Shown here piece after piece: positions 35,671-47,870 of a DNA stretch of 64,000 bases. Each line of letters begins with the position of its first letter. Positions within the stretch are counted from its first letter, which is position 1. Location of the stretch: contig NC_043003.1 in NCBI RefSeq assembly GCF_006345805.1, positions 29,946,001-30,010,000 on the forward strand, given 5' to 3'. A program made the translations under genes and the position numbers. The stretch is from Octopus sinensis. Taxonomy: Eukaryota. The notes beneath the pieces are model-generated. The model searched no databases. It was not told where the DNA came from and worked only from the letters and a program-made list of their open reading frames with translations.

Positions 35671-37359
35671 CATCATCATCACAGAAGTATGGCTTCCCAC
35701 CTGTATGTATACATTTGTGATAAGTTAGTGTTATCTTTTTAGTAAAGCTTTTACCACATATTTGCCAATTATACAACATGTGTGAATGGGTAACCTATTT
35801 TGTTTGAACGTCATCTCACACATGCCACATTGGTAGGGTTTGTTATCCCTGTGAATAACCATATGAGTAGACAAATACCTATCTTTAGCTAACTGCTTTC
35901 CACAAATTTCAGTTATAAATCACTGCAGGTGTATGAAGTAATTTATGAACATTGAAGTCACTAGTTTGATCAAATGTCTTCCCACAGATATCACAGGTAT
36001 ACGATACCTTCTTTGTATCTTCTTGTGTCTCAGGAAATAAATCACTACTTTCAGACTGTGTTTCACCATGAACCTGACGTTGCAATATTTTCTCCTCCAT
36101 AAGTTCTAATCTTATTCACATAAATTTAAATTTCTGATATTGTCATAACTAAAGAGAACACTCCATCTCAAAATTTTTTTTTTTTTGATAAAACTGATAT
36201 TAGACTTATATTTTCTTTCACAATAAATAGTGTCATTTGTCAAAATCCGAGGATTTCTTAGCTATGAAGGAACACTTCAGGATAGGTTGGTTGTAGCATA
36301 ATTACTTTGATATTAATTAGTTTGTTCTTTAGTTAGAAACCATCAAATAAAAGATTCTTAAAGTAGTTCTGATTATCAACAGATATCCAAATAAAACACA
36401 CCATGGAATCAGAAACAAATATATTCTTCAGTACGAAAGTCCAGGTTGTAAGTGCAGTCACCAATGTCCTTGATTATTCCATAATCTTTAGTGTTTGTTG
36501 AGGATTTTCAGATGACTGTCTTCTTGAGGTTACCAGGTATCTTAAATTAAAGAAATGATATATAAGACAAACATAAAAACAAATGTTTAGTGGAGAGAAG
36601 AGTTACTGAAAGACAGAACAGGAAAAAATGGTACAAAGATAGAAATAAATATGGAAATGTAGATGAGAGCATTGAGTTTTAAAAACAGAGACATTAACAG
36701 GACAAACAGACAGGAAGAAAATACTTTTAGCTTGATTGGTACTAAATTGAATATTCAGTGATCCATATATTGCATAAACAATATAGAAAAGCAATGGTAA
36801 AGAGTAATATTTGGATAAATGCTTCCTACTAAGGGGCAGTTTCAACAGATTCTTATTCCAAAGATCAAAGAAACATCTTCTTTTCAGAGTTAAAGATCAT
36901 TTGTAAGATTATGACAAGAAATTATCAAAAGCAAAAAATATTTATTGTATGTTTTTTTGAATCGTCCTTCCTTTAGGAAGTCAAATTTTTTGTCATAATT
37001 GTAGAGCTTGGAAGAACAAAGTGTCCGTGGGCTTCACAGGCTTTCCTAAACAAGGGAAATTGATGCCATTAATGTTTCTCTTGAACATTCAACACCCATG
37101 GAAAATATATGAGAAAAGAAGGAATTCTAGAAGATTGACTTTCTAGGAAAGGGCTGAGTGTAGTGAATACAAAAAGAGTGATGTGAAAAGGAGGGATGAG
37201 AGAACTTGTATAGAGGTGGCATAAGCCTAGCCAGGTCCAGGAATAAAAGCCATTTTACAGAAGTTTTAGAAAAGGCAGAGAGAGAAAGCAACATGTTTGT
37301 GAGCATTGCTTATAATTTCATCAACCTCATTACCTTCTTGTATTGATTTCAAATTTTGG

Positions 37360-37545
37360 CACAAGTACAGCAAGGAAAAGAGAGAGGGTAAGTCGATTAC
37401 ATTAACCCCAGCATTCAACTATTCTATCGACCCCAAAAGGATGAAAGGCAAACTTGAGCTCAGTGGAATTTGAACTCAGATGTGAAGATGGATGAAATGC
37501 CGCTCAGCATTTTGCCTGGCATACTTATGATTCTGCTAACTTACT
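37360..37545 (-). mobile_element. Degenerate SINE copy
   Basis: gtcgattacattaacccc...cgaccccaaaaggatgaaaggcaaa...ggaatttgaactcag is the reverse of the 3063-3277 family core. Confidence 0.7.
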
Positions 37546-38750
37546 GCTTTGTCCTTTTCATATTATCCTGAAAAGGTGGTAGATTGGGAATATTATTATC
37601 ATAATTATTTAAACATCCATGTTCCATGCTGACAAAGGCTGGATAGTTTGACAGGATCTGATGGGTCCACAGACTGCATCATGCTCCAGTGTCTGCTTTG
37701 GGATGGTTTTCATGCCACCAGTACAAGTGAAGTCCCTTTGCAGTATGTAACGCTTATGAGCTCTGAAGTGAGCAGCAGTTTCATGCCAGGAGATGAGAGG
37801 TTAAAGAATGGAAGAAGGAGGTCAGAATAGAACAGATTTCTTGCTGTAGAAGAGCTACATGATAGCTCACATTTTAGAAGAGTGAATGGGAATGATTAGG
37901 TGGAGTTCAGAAGAGAAAAAATATAATGGCGATGAGGTGTCTGGGTGGATCCTCAAGGTATGAGGTAAGTTGATGTGAGTGGAGACTGTCATTCGATATT
38001 TAATTATAGTTTTTTACATTCTTAGTTCAAATTCTGCTGGAGTCAACTTTATCCTTTAATCCTTCAGAATAATAAAAAATAAAGACTCTTTCAAACACAT
38101 AGGCACAGGTATGGCTGAGTAGTTAAGAAACTCAATTTGCAGCAATATGATTTTGAATTCAATTCCACTAGACAACACCTCGGGCCTTATACTAGAACCA
38201 CAGGCTGATGGAAACTGTGTGGAAGCCTGCCGAATATATATGTGTGTGTGCATACACACACGTTTATGTATTTGTTTTGCAAAGTTCTTAATGCAAAACT
38301 GTGCGTTGAAACATGAATACGACCATCCTCAAGTAAAACAATATATATGTCTGGTTTAGACTCAAAGGTCCTGACACTTCTGTTTGACAAGACACAGATC
38401 CTATGTGCCAATGAACCAAGTGTGTTGAACACAATGTCGTCGAAAAAAGTTATTCTCGGATGACACATTATCTATACAGCGAATCGCATATTTTGAGTCT
38501 CAACCTACCTGGACGTTTTAAGAATAAATATGCAAATATAAGTTCCAGATTGTGCTGCACACGGTGAAAATTACGTTCTTACTGAAATTTTAACTTTACA
38601 AAATCATAGGTTATGTAATTTACATGTAATTACTATTTTTGCCTTAAGGATTAAACCGTTTTTTCATACGGTATTTTAGAAACTTCACCTATATAGGTAA
38701 TTTCAATTTTAAATGCGATAACGAGATCTAGTCCGTAGAGGATTTTTCAT

Positions 38751-41397
38751 ATGCAGTTTCGCACCTCTTGGAAAATGCATTTTTTTTTTTTTTTTATTTC
38801 TACGTTTTAGAAGTCGGAGATTACGAATATGCAAAAAAATTTTAACCTCCCCACCTCTTTAATTTAAATTGTTGATTTTGTTTACTTTAAACAGATTGTA
38901 GCGAATTGACGAACATATGCAGATTGAAATTAAATACAAAAACGTTAAAGTGAAAGAATTTGTTTTACTTGTATTTGCCTTAAATAATTGTAAATAATAA
39001 TTTAATGTAAATTAAATATACACCATTTTATGAGAAACAAACATTAATGTTTAACAATTAATGTTAAAAAGTTTAATAAGGGACTCAAATTTGACCCCCT
39101 ACCTCAATTTTAAATTTTGAATTTTTTCATCTATTTATTATCCCTGTCCATTTATACATAAAATATATTTGTCAACTAAATGTGACGGTCCTAGGAAGAC
39201 ACATCTATTTATCTCTTTATACACATATCTATATGCTTAGTGAATTTAAAATTTTGAAAACGTGGTTTCTTGCATATTAGGAATTTCCGAAAAAAAAATT
39301 TCGAAAAAGTTCAAAATTTTAAAAGGGAGGGGGAGTGGTGGTGGTTAAAAAATTTGGTTAATATAGGGCGTAACAAATATCAGAAAATCAAAAAAAAAAT
39401 GTGTGTAATAGGTGTAAAACAACTTCCTATGAACGAATATGAAAAAAAAAATTCGCGCACGCGAAAGGGGGGTGGGGGAGAGGCCTCGGAAAATTCACAT
39501 CGGGAAGTTCCGAAAGCGTCTGAGGGGCTGACCCGGGCACCAAAACAAAAAAAAAATAGTGTAATATGTGTAAAACAACTTGCTCTAAACGAATATGAAA
39601 AAAAAAATGCGCTCTCGAGAAAGAGGGGTGGGGGAGAGGCCTCGGAATATTTATATCGGGAATTTCCGAAAGCGTCTGAACCGGGCACAAAAACAAAAAC
39701 AAAAACAGCGTAATAGGTGTAAAACAACTTGCTCTAAACGACTATCATGAAAAAAATGCGCGCTCGCGAAAGGGGGGTGGGGGAGAGGCTTCGGAAATTT
39801 CACATCTTCAGTCCACGGCCTTTAAACTAAGAAAAAGTAGTGTAATTGGTGTAAAACTACTTGTTCTAAACGAGTATCAAGAACACACACTCACACATGA
39901 ATCATAAACTCCGTATTTCGCAAAAAAAAAATAATAAAGAGAAGAAATTCTGGAAAAAGTGAAGAAATGTTGGATCTCATTCCTTGGTTAAAGCTATTTT
40001 AAACATTAAATTTATGCTTTTCTTTGAAATAGTTCAGATATATGCAATTCTTCTCACTTATTAAGATGCATTTATCAGAAAAAAAGAGACAGAAAAAATT
40101 ATTATTTTGTGTCAATCCTTCCCTAATTATCCTTTATTAATTAGTTTTGGCGTGTATTTTTTTCCCAAATTTATTTTTTCACCTTTACAACACTGTTTAG
40201 TAAAGCAATTAATTATCTTTATAATTTGCATATTTGACTTATTAATCAAAATTCTCTAGATGTAATATATACTAAGTAATGCATCCTTCATTTATGTGTT
40301 CCGTTCTGTATTATGCATGCGTGACTGTTTGTATGTAAGTGTGTTTAACTGTGCACATGAATGTGAATATTAAAGACCATATTTATTTACTATGATTGTT
40401 ATTTTCAGAACAAATAAATCTTTTGGCTGTTATGTTATTGATGTTATTATTATTGCTAGTTAAAGGGTGGTGACTTGGCTGAATATTTTGAGTCTTGTAG
40501 TATGTAGTTGTGTTAGTCAATATTCTGAGTTCAAATCCAACTCATTTCTTTATCATCATTATCGATGGACCACTCAAAGAGGTATGTATACATTATCATT
40601 TTCGTAACATAATTTCTGTAGTATTTCAAGATGTTTCTGACACGTATTTTGATTCACATGGCGGAGATCCAACATTTCTTCACTTTTTCCAGAATTTCTT
40701 CTCTTTTTTTTTTTTTTGCGAAATACGGAGTTTATGATTCATGTGTGAGTGTGTGTTCTTGATACTCGTTTAGAACAAGTAGTTTTACACCAATTACACT
40801 ATTTTTTCTTAGTTTAAAGGCCGTGGACTGAAGATGTGAAATTTCCGAAGCCTCTCCCCCACCCCCCTTTCGCGAGCGCGCATTTTTTTCATGATAGTCG
40901 TTTAGAGCAAGTTGTTTTACACCTATTACGCTGTTTTTGTTTTTGTTTTTGTGCCCGGTTCAGACGCTTTCGGAAATTCCCGATATAAATATTCCGAGGC
41001 CTCTCCCCCACCCCTCTTTCTCGAGAGCGCATTTTTTTTTTCATATTCGTTTAGAGCAAGTTGTTTTACACATATTACACTATTTTTTTTTTGTTTTGGT
41101 GCCCGGGTCAGCCCCTCAGACGCTTTCGGAACTTCCCGATGTGAATTTTCCGAGGCCTCTCCTCCACCCCCCTTTCGCGTGCGCGAATTTTTTTTTTCAT
41201 ATTCGTTCATAGGAAGTTGTTTTACACCTATTACACACATTTTTTTTTTGATTTTCTGATATTTGTTACGCCCTATATTAACCAAAAATTTTTTTTGCAT
41301 ATTCGTAATCTCCAACATCTAAAACGTTAAACTGCGAAAAAAATTTGGCGATTTTTTCAAAAAAATGCATTTTTCAAAGAGAGGTGCGAAACTACAT
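38751..41397. mobile_element. Foldback-like element of about 2.65 kb with ~625-bp near-identical inverted arms
   Basis: 39353-39978 is the reverse complement of 40664-41286 with only a few differences. Outer termini 38751-38840 and 41290-41397 are also inverted. Arms are built from ~150-bp subrepeats; the spacer is 685 bp. Confidence 0.9.
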
Positions 41398-42006
41398 TAG
41401 CCTCCCGCCACCATTCATTGCTGTGATGTTGATAAGCGGGAAAGCTCACCAACATCCCGAACTCTGTTAGATTTTCATGAAAACCCTACATCATCTTTAA
41501 TCACTTAGAAACAGATAATAGGTCAACTTACTGATTTGTTATGTCTTTTCTCTCAATCTGAAGTAGTGACAAAAGACAGGAACAGGATGACAATAACAGA
41601 CACGTTCACTTTTCCATGAGGCGTTTATGAACTTGCACAGAACATATTAAGCGATACAGTTGAACACAGACCAAACTAATCGGTTGAAGAACAGATGCTA
41701 CTCTAGATTCACTTCTCACTTATTAATTTCGCATTTATTTATTTTTTATTCTATGTTCAGCTTCTAAAAATAGCAATAAAATTACAGCGGAGATGTCGAA
41801 CACGCAATCCACTCCTTTTCGTGTTTTTTTCATTTTATTTTCAGATTCCGACATTTTCAACAGCGGAGATTACGATTCACCACGCCTCACGAGAAACATA
41901 GCATTTCAAAATTTCAATGTCCCGCACCGACGTTTTTTTTATTTCGTTTTTTCCTTTCTCCAAAGTTTTTTTAGTTCACCTAGAGAAATACATAGATTAT
42001 AATTTA

Positions 42007-42404
42007 GGGATCTTTTCGGTTTGAACTGCAGTTTTTTCTAGCGGTGTCATATGAAATTGTCACCCATAATTATGACCCTAGTATCGATCTATCGCATTTC
42101 AATCTGTTTTAGGGTTAGGGGTGGGGGAAGGGTATCTTTTTTCTTCGGAAATGTAAATAAACCCAATCTGTTTCTCAAACGAGGGACATATACGGCACAG
42201 AATGTTTTCACCTCAATAGACGTCATTGATTGGTTGAAATTAAAGAAAAACAACAACAAATATCTTACAAATTATAGAATTTTCTCAATAAAGCCAAGAG
42301 AAAAAGATGTTTTATAAACACATCCTACCAGTATACGAAGTTTAAAAGTATTTAGTTACGTGGAAATTATTTTAAAAAACTGCTGGTCAAACCGAAAAGA
42401 TCCC
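42007..42404. mobile_element. MITE of 398 bp with ~30-bp TIRs
   Basis: gggatcttttcggtttgaactgcagttttt at 42007 and aaaaactgctggtcaaaccgaaaagatccc ending at 42404. No TSD is evident. Confidence 0.8.
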
Positions 42405-44179
42405 AATATTCCTGATGATTTTAAACTCGTTTACTCCTATGTGCATGCGTTGATGCTTTTCTAACAATCGCATGATATAAGGAAGGCCTGGATTTAGGTA
42501 TCTCCTTATGCTAGAAATAACAGTCAAATCTCTAAAAAAAATTTCCAAATCTCGTTTTTTAAAAGATCATCTCCTCCCAGCAGTCAGAATAACAATACCC
42601 GGGTAAATTTTGGGATCTTGTCCTTTTGATGGACAACTGAGTGAGGACAGAGAAACTAAGAGTGTGAATGGGTGGGGGTTTGCAAGATAAAAGAAATGGG
42701 AGAAGGGAGAGTAGATAGGCAATAGCTGTAAAGATCAGGTTGGTTGTGAAGGGTGGATGCAGGAAGTAATGGATACAAGGGTGGATGATAGCTAATGATA
42801 CATGAGTTGGGAAAAGGAGAGGGATCAGATGAGAGTAGGAGGACAATAAAGATGTTAAATTTGATTGGTGGGGTGGGGTAGGACAAGAGAGAGAGATGAT
42901 ATATAGCTGGTTGGCTGCAGGATAGGAGAGGGTGAGAGAGATAATTTGGTGTTCCAGGTACATAGGGAATGAGGGGGAGGTGAATGGGCAAGGTGTTGAT
43001 CAATGAAACATGTAGGTAGAGAGAACTATTAATAAAGGAAGAATGGCTGACAAGTGAAATGGTTCCGAGGGTAGCAAGAAAAAGATAAAGTGGTATCTGG
43101 GGAGAGCTGTGGTAGAAGAGATGATGGGGGAGTTATAAGAAGGGGGAAGTTGGGTGAGATGCCCATTTGTGATGCACACATACAATTTGTATATCATTTT
43201 TAGAACAGTCAAACTCAAAGCAAATAAAGCTATAAATAATAGTATGTTAATATTGAGTTAAAAACCCCCTTGGATTGAAAAAGTGAAAGCTGCCTGTGGG
43301 ACTCTAGCTCACAAAAGCACACACACACACATAAATTGCTTCCTGAAGTCAGTTTTGCTGTAGTGGATGAGTCTTCTCATACCACCTGACATCCCAGTCC
43401 TTTGTTGTTTCTTCTGTGAGGTTTAGGGTCTTAAGGTCACAGCCTTTGCCACTTTGTCCCATATCACCTTGGATCTTCTCCATCTACAGAACTCAGCCCT
43501 TCTTTATACAGCTGTCTTCATCTAGATGCATTGCATGTCCATACCAGTGCAGTCTTCTTTCTGACACATGACTCCTCTTAACCCAATTTTTTTCTCAGCA
43601 GATTTCTACTATCATTCAGGCATACTTACATTGCCCAGCCACTGGAGCATGCCTATTTCATTTTCCTCATCTCCTCTATTTTTGGGGCTCATATCTCACT
43701 ACCATGCATCATTCTAACACACGCATCATACAATCTGCCTTTGGAAAATATTTATACACACTATTTACATGGCCAACATCAATCCATGGGGAATAACTCT
43801 TCTTTTTCTCTCGAAAAGTGTAATTTTAAATTTTGAATTTGAAGCAACTCTCATACTTAATGTTTTGATTATATGTTTAAAATCACTAAATACCTCAAAC
43901 CAGGCAAGACGAATAGCCTCATGGGTAAATGAGAATGGTGGGTATCGATATTTCGGAGTTATTTCTGTTCATCGGCACCGTATGCCCTGGTCACCGCAAA
44001 GCAAAATTGAATTGCCACACGCGTAAAACAAAGTGAAATTTTGAATTAGAATCAGTTCTAATAATGTAAACATTGTCGATGTCACACATTTAATGAACGT
44101 GTTGAGTTTTTTTTAAACACTCAATGTCTTAAATTGACTTTTCATTGGACAACGCCCGCATCTAATAAGCATATAAAAA

Positions 44180-45090
44180 CACATTAAGTTTCAGAGGAAA
44201 TGACTTTCCTCAGATAACACAGTAGCATGGTTTCTCACCTGTATATGTAATATTTATGAGCAGCTAAATGCTCAGAATGGTCAGTGGCAAGAGAGGAAGA
44301 GGCCGACCAAGAACCCGCTGGCTTGACACCATCAAGAGTGATACTGGAATGGACAAAGCCAATCTGAAAGAAGCAGCCCAGGATAGAACTGACTGGAGGA
44401 CACTGATCCATGGAGTAACCGAGAGTCAACTTCAACTGAGCGGATAGATAGATAGAGAAATGACCATATTGAACAAATGCTTTATCACACATTTCGCAGC
44501 AATATGGTTTCTCTCCAATGTATATATTTTATGATCAGATAATTCATTATTTAGAGAGATATTTACCACATTACAATGGTATAATTTCTCACCTAAGTGT
44601 GTATATTTATGGGTAGTTAAACGACCACATTGAGCAAATGCTTTACAAGTTTCACAATTATAGTTTCTTACCTATAGTTTATTAGTTAAGATATTATTCA
44701 AAGACAAAGATTTAATACTGATATCACTTTTCTAATAGAGCTTTTACAGTATATCTGTCAGTTATACAACTTTCAACATGTGTGAATTAATTTATGTTGA
44801 ATGAGTGGCCAATTGTTTGAATGTCTTCACAGGTAAGGTCTGTTATCTCTGTGTATAGCTATACAGGTAAATACTTGTTTTTAGCTAACTGCTTTCCACA
44901 AATTTCAGTTATAAATCACTGCAGGTGTATAAAGTAATTTATGAACATTGAAGTCACTAGTTTGATCAAATGTCTTCCCATAGATATCACAGGTATATGA
45001 TACCTTCTTTGCATTTTGTCTCAGGAAAGAAATCACTACTGTCAGACTGTTTCACCATGAACTTGACTTTGCAACATTTTCTCCTTCCAT
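44180..45090 (-). pseudogene. Second C2H2 zinc-finger pseudogene, a more decayed paralog of 34340-36100
   Basis: 44880-45258 aligns with about 35885-36310 (same leader, finger 1 and upstream flank). ggtttctc/EKPY finger remnants continue down to about 44190. Confidence 0.88.
44274..44455 (+). mobile_element. BovB-like RTE 3' end with (GATA)n tail
   Basis: RMVSGKRGRGRPRTRWLDTIKSDTGM...AQDRTDWRTLIHGVTESQLQLSG*, stop at 44445-44447. Confidence 0.85.
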
Positions 45091-47599
45091 ACTTTCTAAT
45101 CTTATTCAAATTTCTGATATTGTCATAACTAAAGAGAACACTGCATCTCAAAATTTATATTTTCTTTCACAATACATAGTGTCATTTGTCAAAGTCTGAG
45201 GATTTCTTAGCTATGAAGAAACACTTCAGGATAGGTTGGTTGTAGCATAATTACTTTGTTTTATATATGTCTCATATACTGTCTTTATTTCAAGATATCT
45301 GGTGACATCAAAAAGATAATTACTCACTTAAGATGCTTCAACAAATGCTAAAGATTATGGAATAATCAAATTGGTGACTCTGTTTATAGTCTGGAATTTT
45401 GTACTGAAGAATATTTGTTATTGATTCCTTAATGCGTTTTATCTGGATATCTACTGAGAAATCTTTTATTTGATGGTGGGAGATGAACTATTAGAAAATT
45501 ATGCTACAACCTTTCTTGAAGTTTTTCTTATAACTGAGACATCTATAGAGATTCTCAAATGATACTATTTACTGAAGCACTATCTTCAAGGATTTTAGTT
45601 GAGAATATTGACCCCAGTTAGCTTATCAAATTTTTTTTATATAAAGTGATGTTAACTCAACACACTGGTAAATGGACAGGTATACACATAAATGATAGTG
45701 GATCTCTTCTGTTCATTGCATCTAGTCAATGTAGAAAGGATGTCATTCCATCTCTTCTTACCCTATCAGTCCTTTGAGTCACTCAGTGACTGGTATATAA
45801 TACACCTACTTTCTGTTCAACATTGTCACCTTCATCACTTAACTCCTCTTGTACTTATGTGTAAGTAGTTACATTGGACCATGTGTGCATATGCCACTCT
45901 ACTTTTATCCCCCTCCTACCCCACCTGTCATCATCCCATGCCCTGTGTCAAATAGACTTCTGCCATCTTAGAATACCAAGTACTGTCACTCATCCCTCTC
46001 ATCACTATCATTCATACTTTCACTCTGTAAAGAGGATGGTGAGTGAGTAGAGATGTAAGGCCTCTTTAGCTATGTTAAGGACATGGTTACTTCTCTACTC
46101 CTGGTGTTTGATTTTGATATACAGCAACTGTAAAGAAGCCTATCATGAACATACACACACATATGTGTGTGTGTTCACTTGGTGTTGGTTTATGTCCTCA
46201 TAGCTTAGTAGCTAGGGGGGAAAAAGAGACCATTAGAATCAGTACTGGGTCTCATTTGATTAACTAAACTCTTTGGTGTGTTATCCCAGCATGGCTGCAG
46301 TCCAATAATTGAAGCAAGTAAAACAGTAAAAGAGTGTTATTTAATGATAACAGATTTTATAGAAATATATTTCCTTTCTGATTTACAAACTTTAATGCCT
46401 GTCAAGTCTCTGTTCAACTAAGCTTTCAAACAATGTGCATCTCTTCTCCCATCCTGTCTTTGCAATGACAACTGTATCACAACTGTTCCAGTTGTTTCAC
46501 ATCTTATACTTTTGACAACCAAAAATGTATTAAATTTTATGAACAAAAACTAACATTATCAATATCATAATTTATAAGGCTTTATTAAAATTGATTTTAA
46601 AGATTTAAAATTAATTACAGATAATTCCATATGGCAGAGAAAAAAAAGACTTCTGGATGATTGTGAGATGTTTAAACATGAAAAATTAACAATGAAAGTC
46701 ATTCAATGGATAAGACATTTAGTTACTTAAGTTATATGTGGTAGTATCTCAAAGAAAAGAAAGAAATATTAGGTTACAGTTGAATCATATATTTTAAATC
46801 AAGAGTAGAGTACACAGTGATCCGTAGGTACGAGAGGTGCAGCCGGAGGGTAAGTATCCAAAAGAGAATCCGTAAAGGGTAGATAGGTAGAATGTCCAGT
46901 AGCAAAGTTCGTGGGTGATAAGAAATGACAGGATCAACTGGTGCGACCACGTGACATCGTGGTGTATTGCAAGGATTTTTCATCAAGAGTTACATCTGGA
47001 TATACTTCAAGAACTGTAGCCCATTTATTTGATGACGTCTTAGAGGACAAAAATTTGGAATAAGATTTCCATATCTCTGAAATAAGTCACTTATTAGAGT
47101 AGAAAATATCGACCATATTTCATCTTCCTTCATAACACAAAATATCTTTTTATATGACAGAAAGATTAATAACTGTGGAATAATACATTGAAGTGTGATG
47201 GCAATTAAACTCTAGATTGCATATTCACTGGTGTAGTGGACATTACAAAATACAGAACACAGGAAATACTTCTGTACTGAAGACATAATAGTAAGAGAGA
47301 CTTTAAGAGTTGATATCATGCCAAAACATGGTCTGAAAATAGTGATTTATCTTATCAACCTAGGGACTGGATACATTTCTAACATTCTGACCAAATCTCC
47401 AGTCTTCAGATATCAACAATTTCAGAAGTCCTATAAATAGGTCATGTTACCATGCTTCCTCTATACTGAAAAAAAAATCCAAAACATTCTTACCCTCATT
47501 GAACATAAATTACAAGTTCAAATTTTCTCCTTTGTGAAATTTGCTAATAATATATTCAAATGTATTTGCTGCAAAGATTCTATGAGAATTTTCAGCTAA

Positions 47600-47870
47600 T
47601 TTGCCATATGTCTTGCAATTAATGACAAAGAGTGATATCTGTGATACAATGTGTACACAGGAGATAAGCTGTGGCAGTACTGACATTAAATAAAATTCTG
47701 TAATTATCTTTCCACAAATGTATTCACACATGCAAAAAACCATACTACTGTGATATTTGCAGTAAAGAATTCTCTGAGAATGGTAGTTTAACTTATCACC
47801 AACAAATACATAGATTATGTGAAAGAAATATAGACTATAAGAGCTTCAGAAAATGTGTTGAGGTGCATAC
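47600..47870 (+). pseudogene. Plus-strand C2H2 zinc-finger remnant
   Basis: [33 protein letters not shown], preceded by a decayed YTGDKL linker with stops. Confidence 0.7.

Larger units (their letters stand above)
34340..36100 (-). pseudogene. C2H2 zinc-finger pseudogene with about 13-14 fingers, disrupted by frameshifts, stops and two RTE insertions
   Basis: MEEK...GETQSESSDL leader, finger 1, then a 2-bp deletion giving TGA at 35909-35911. Further fingers (e.g. [26 protein letters not shown]) run down to CGKSFTQKSSLKSYIKLH near 34350. Confidence 0.92.

Noticed and set aside
39270-41318. Duplicated 91-147 aa ORFs on both strands
   Set aside because: They are translations of the two inverted arms, are low-complexity and cross homopolymer runs.
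46770-47330. Nearly open minus-strand frames and a CpG-containing patch
   Set aside because: No recognisable domain and no consistent frame or splice structure.
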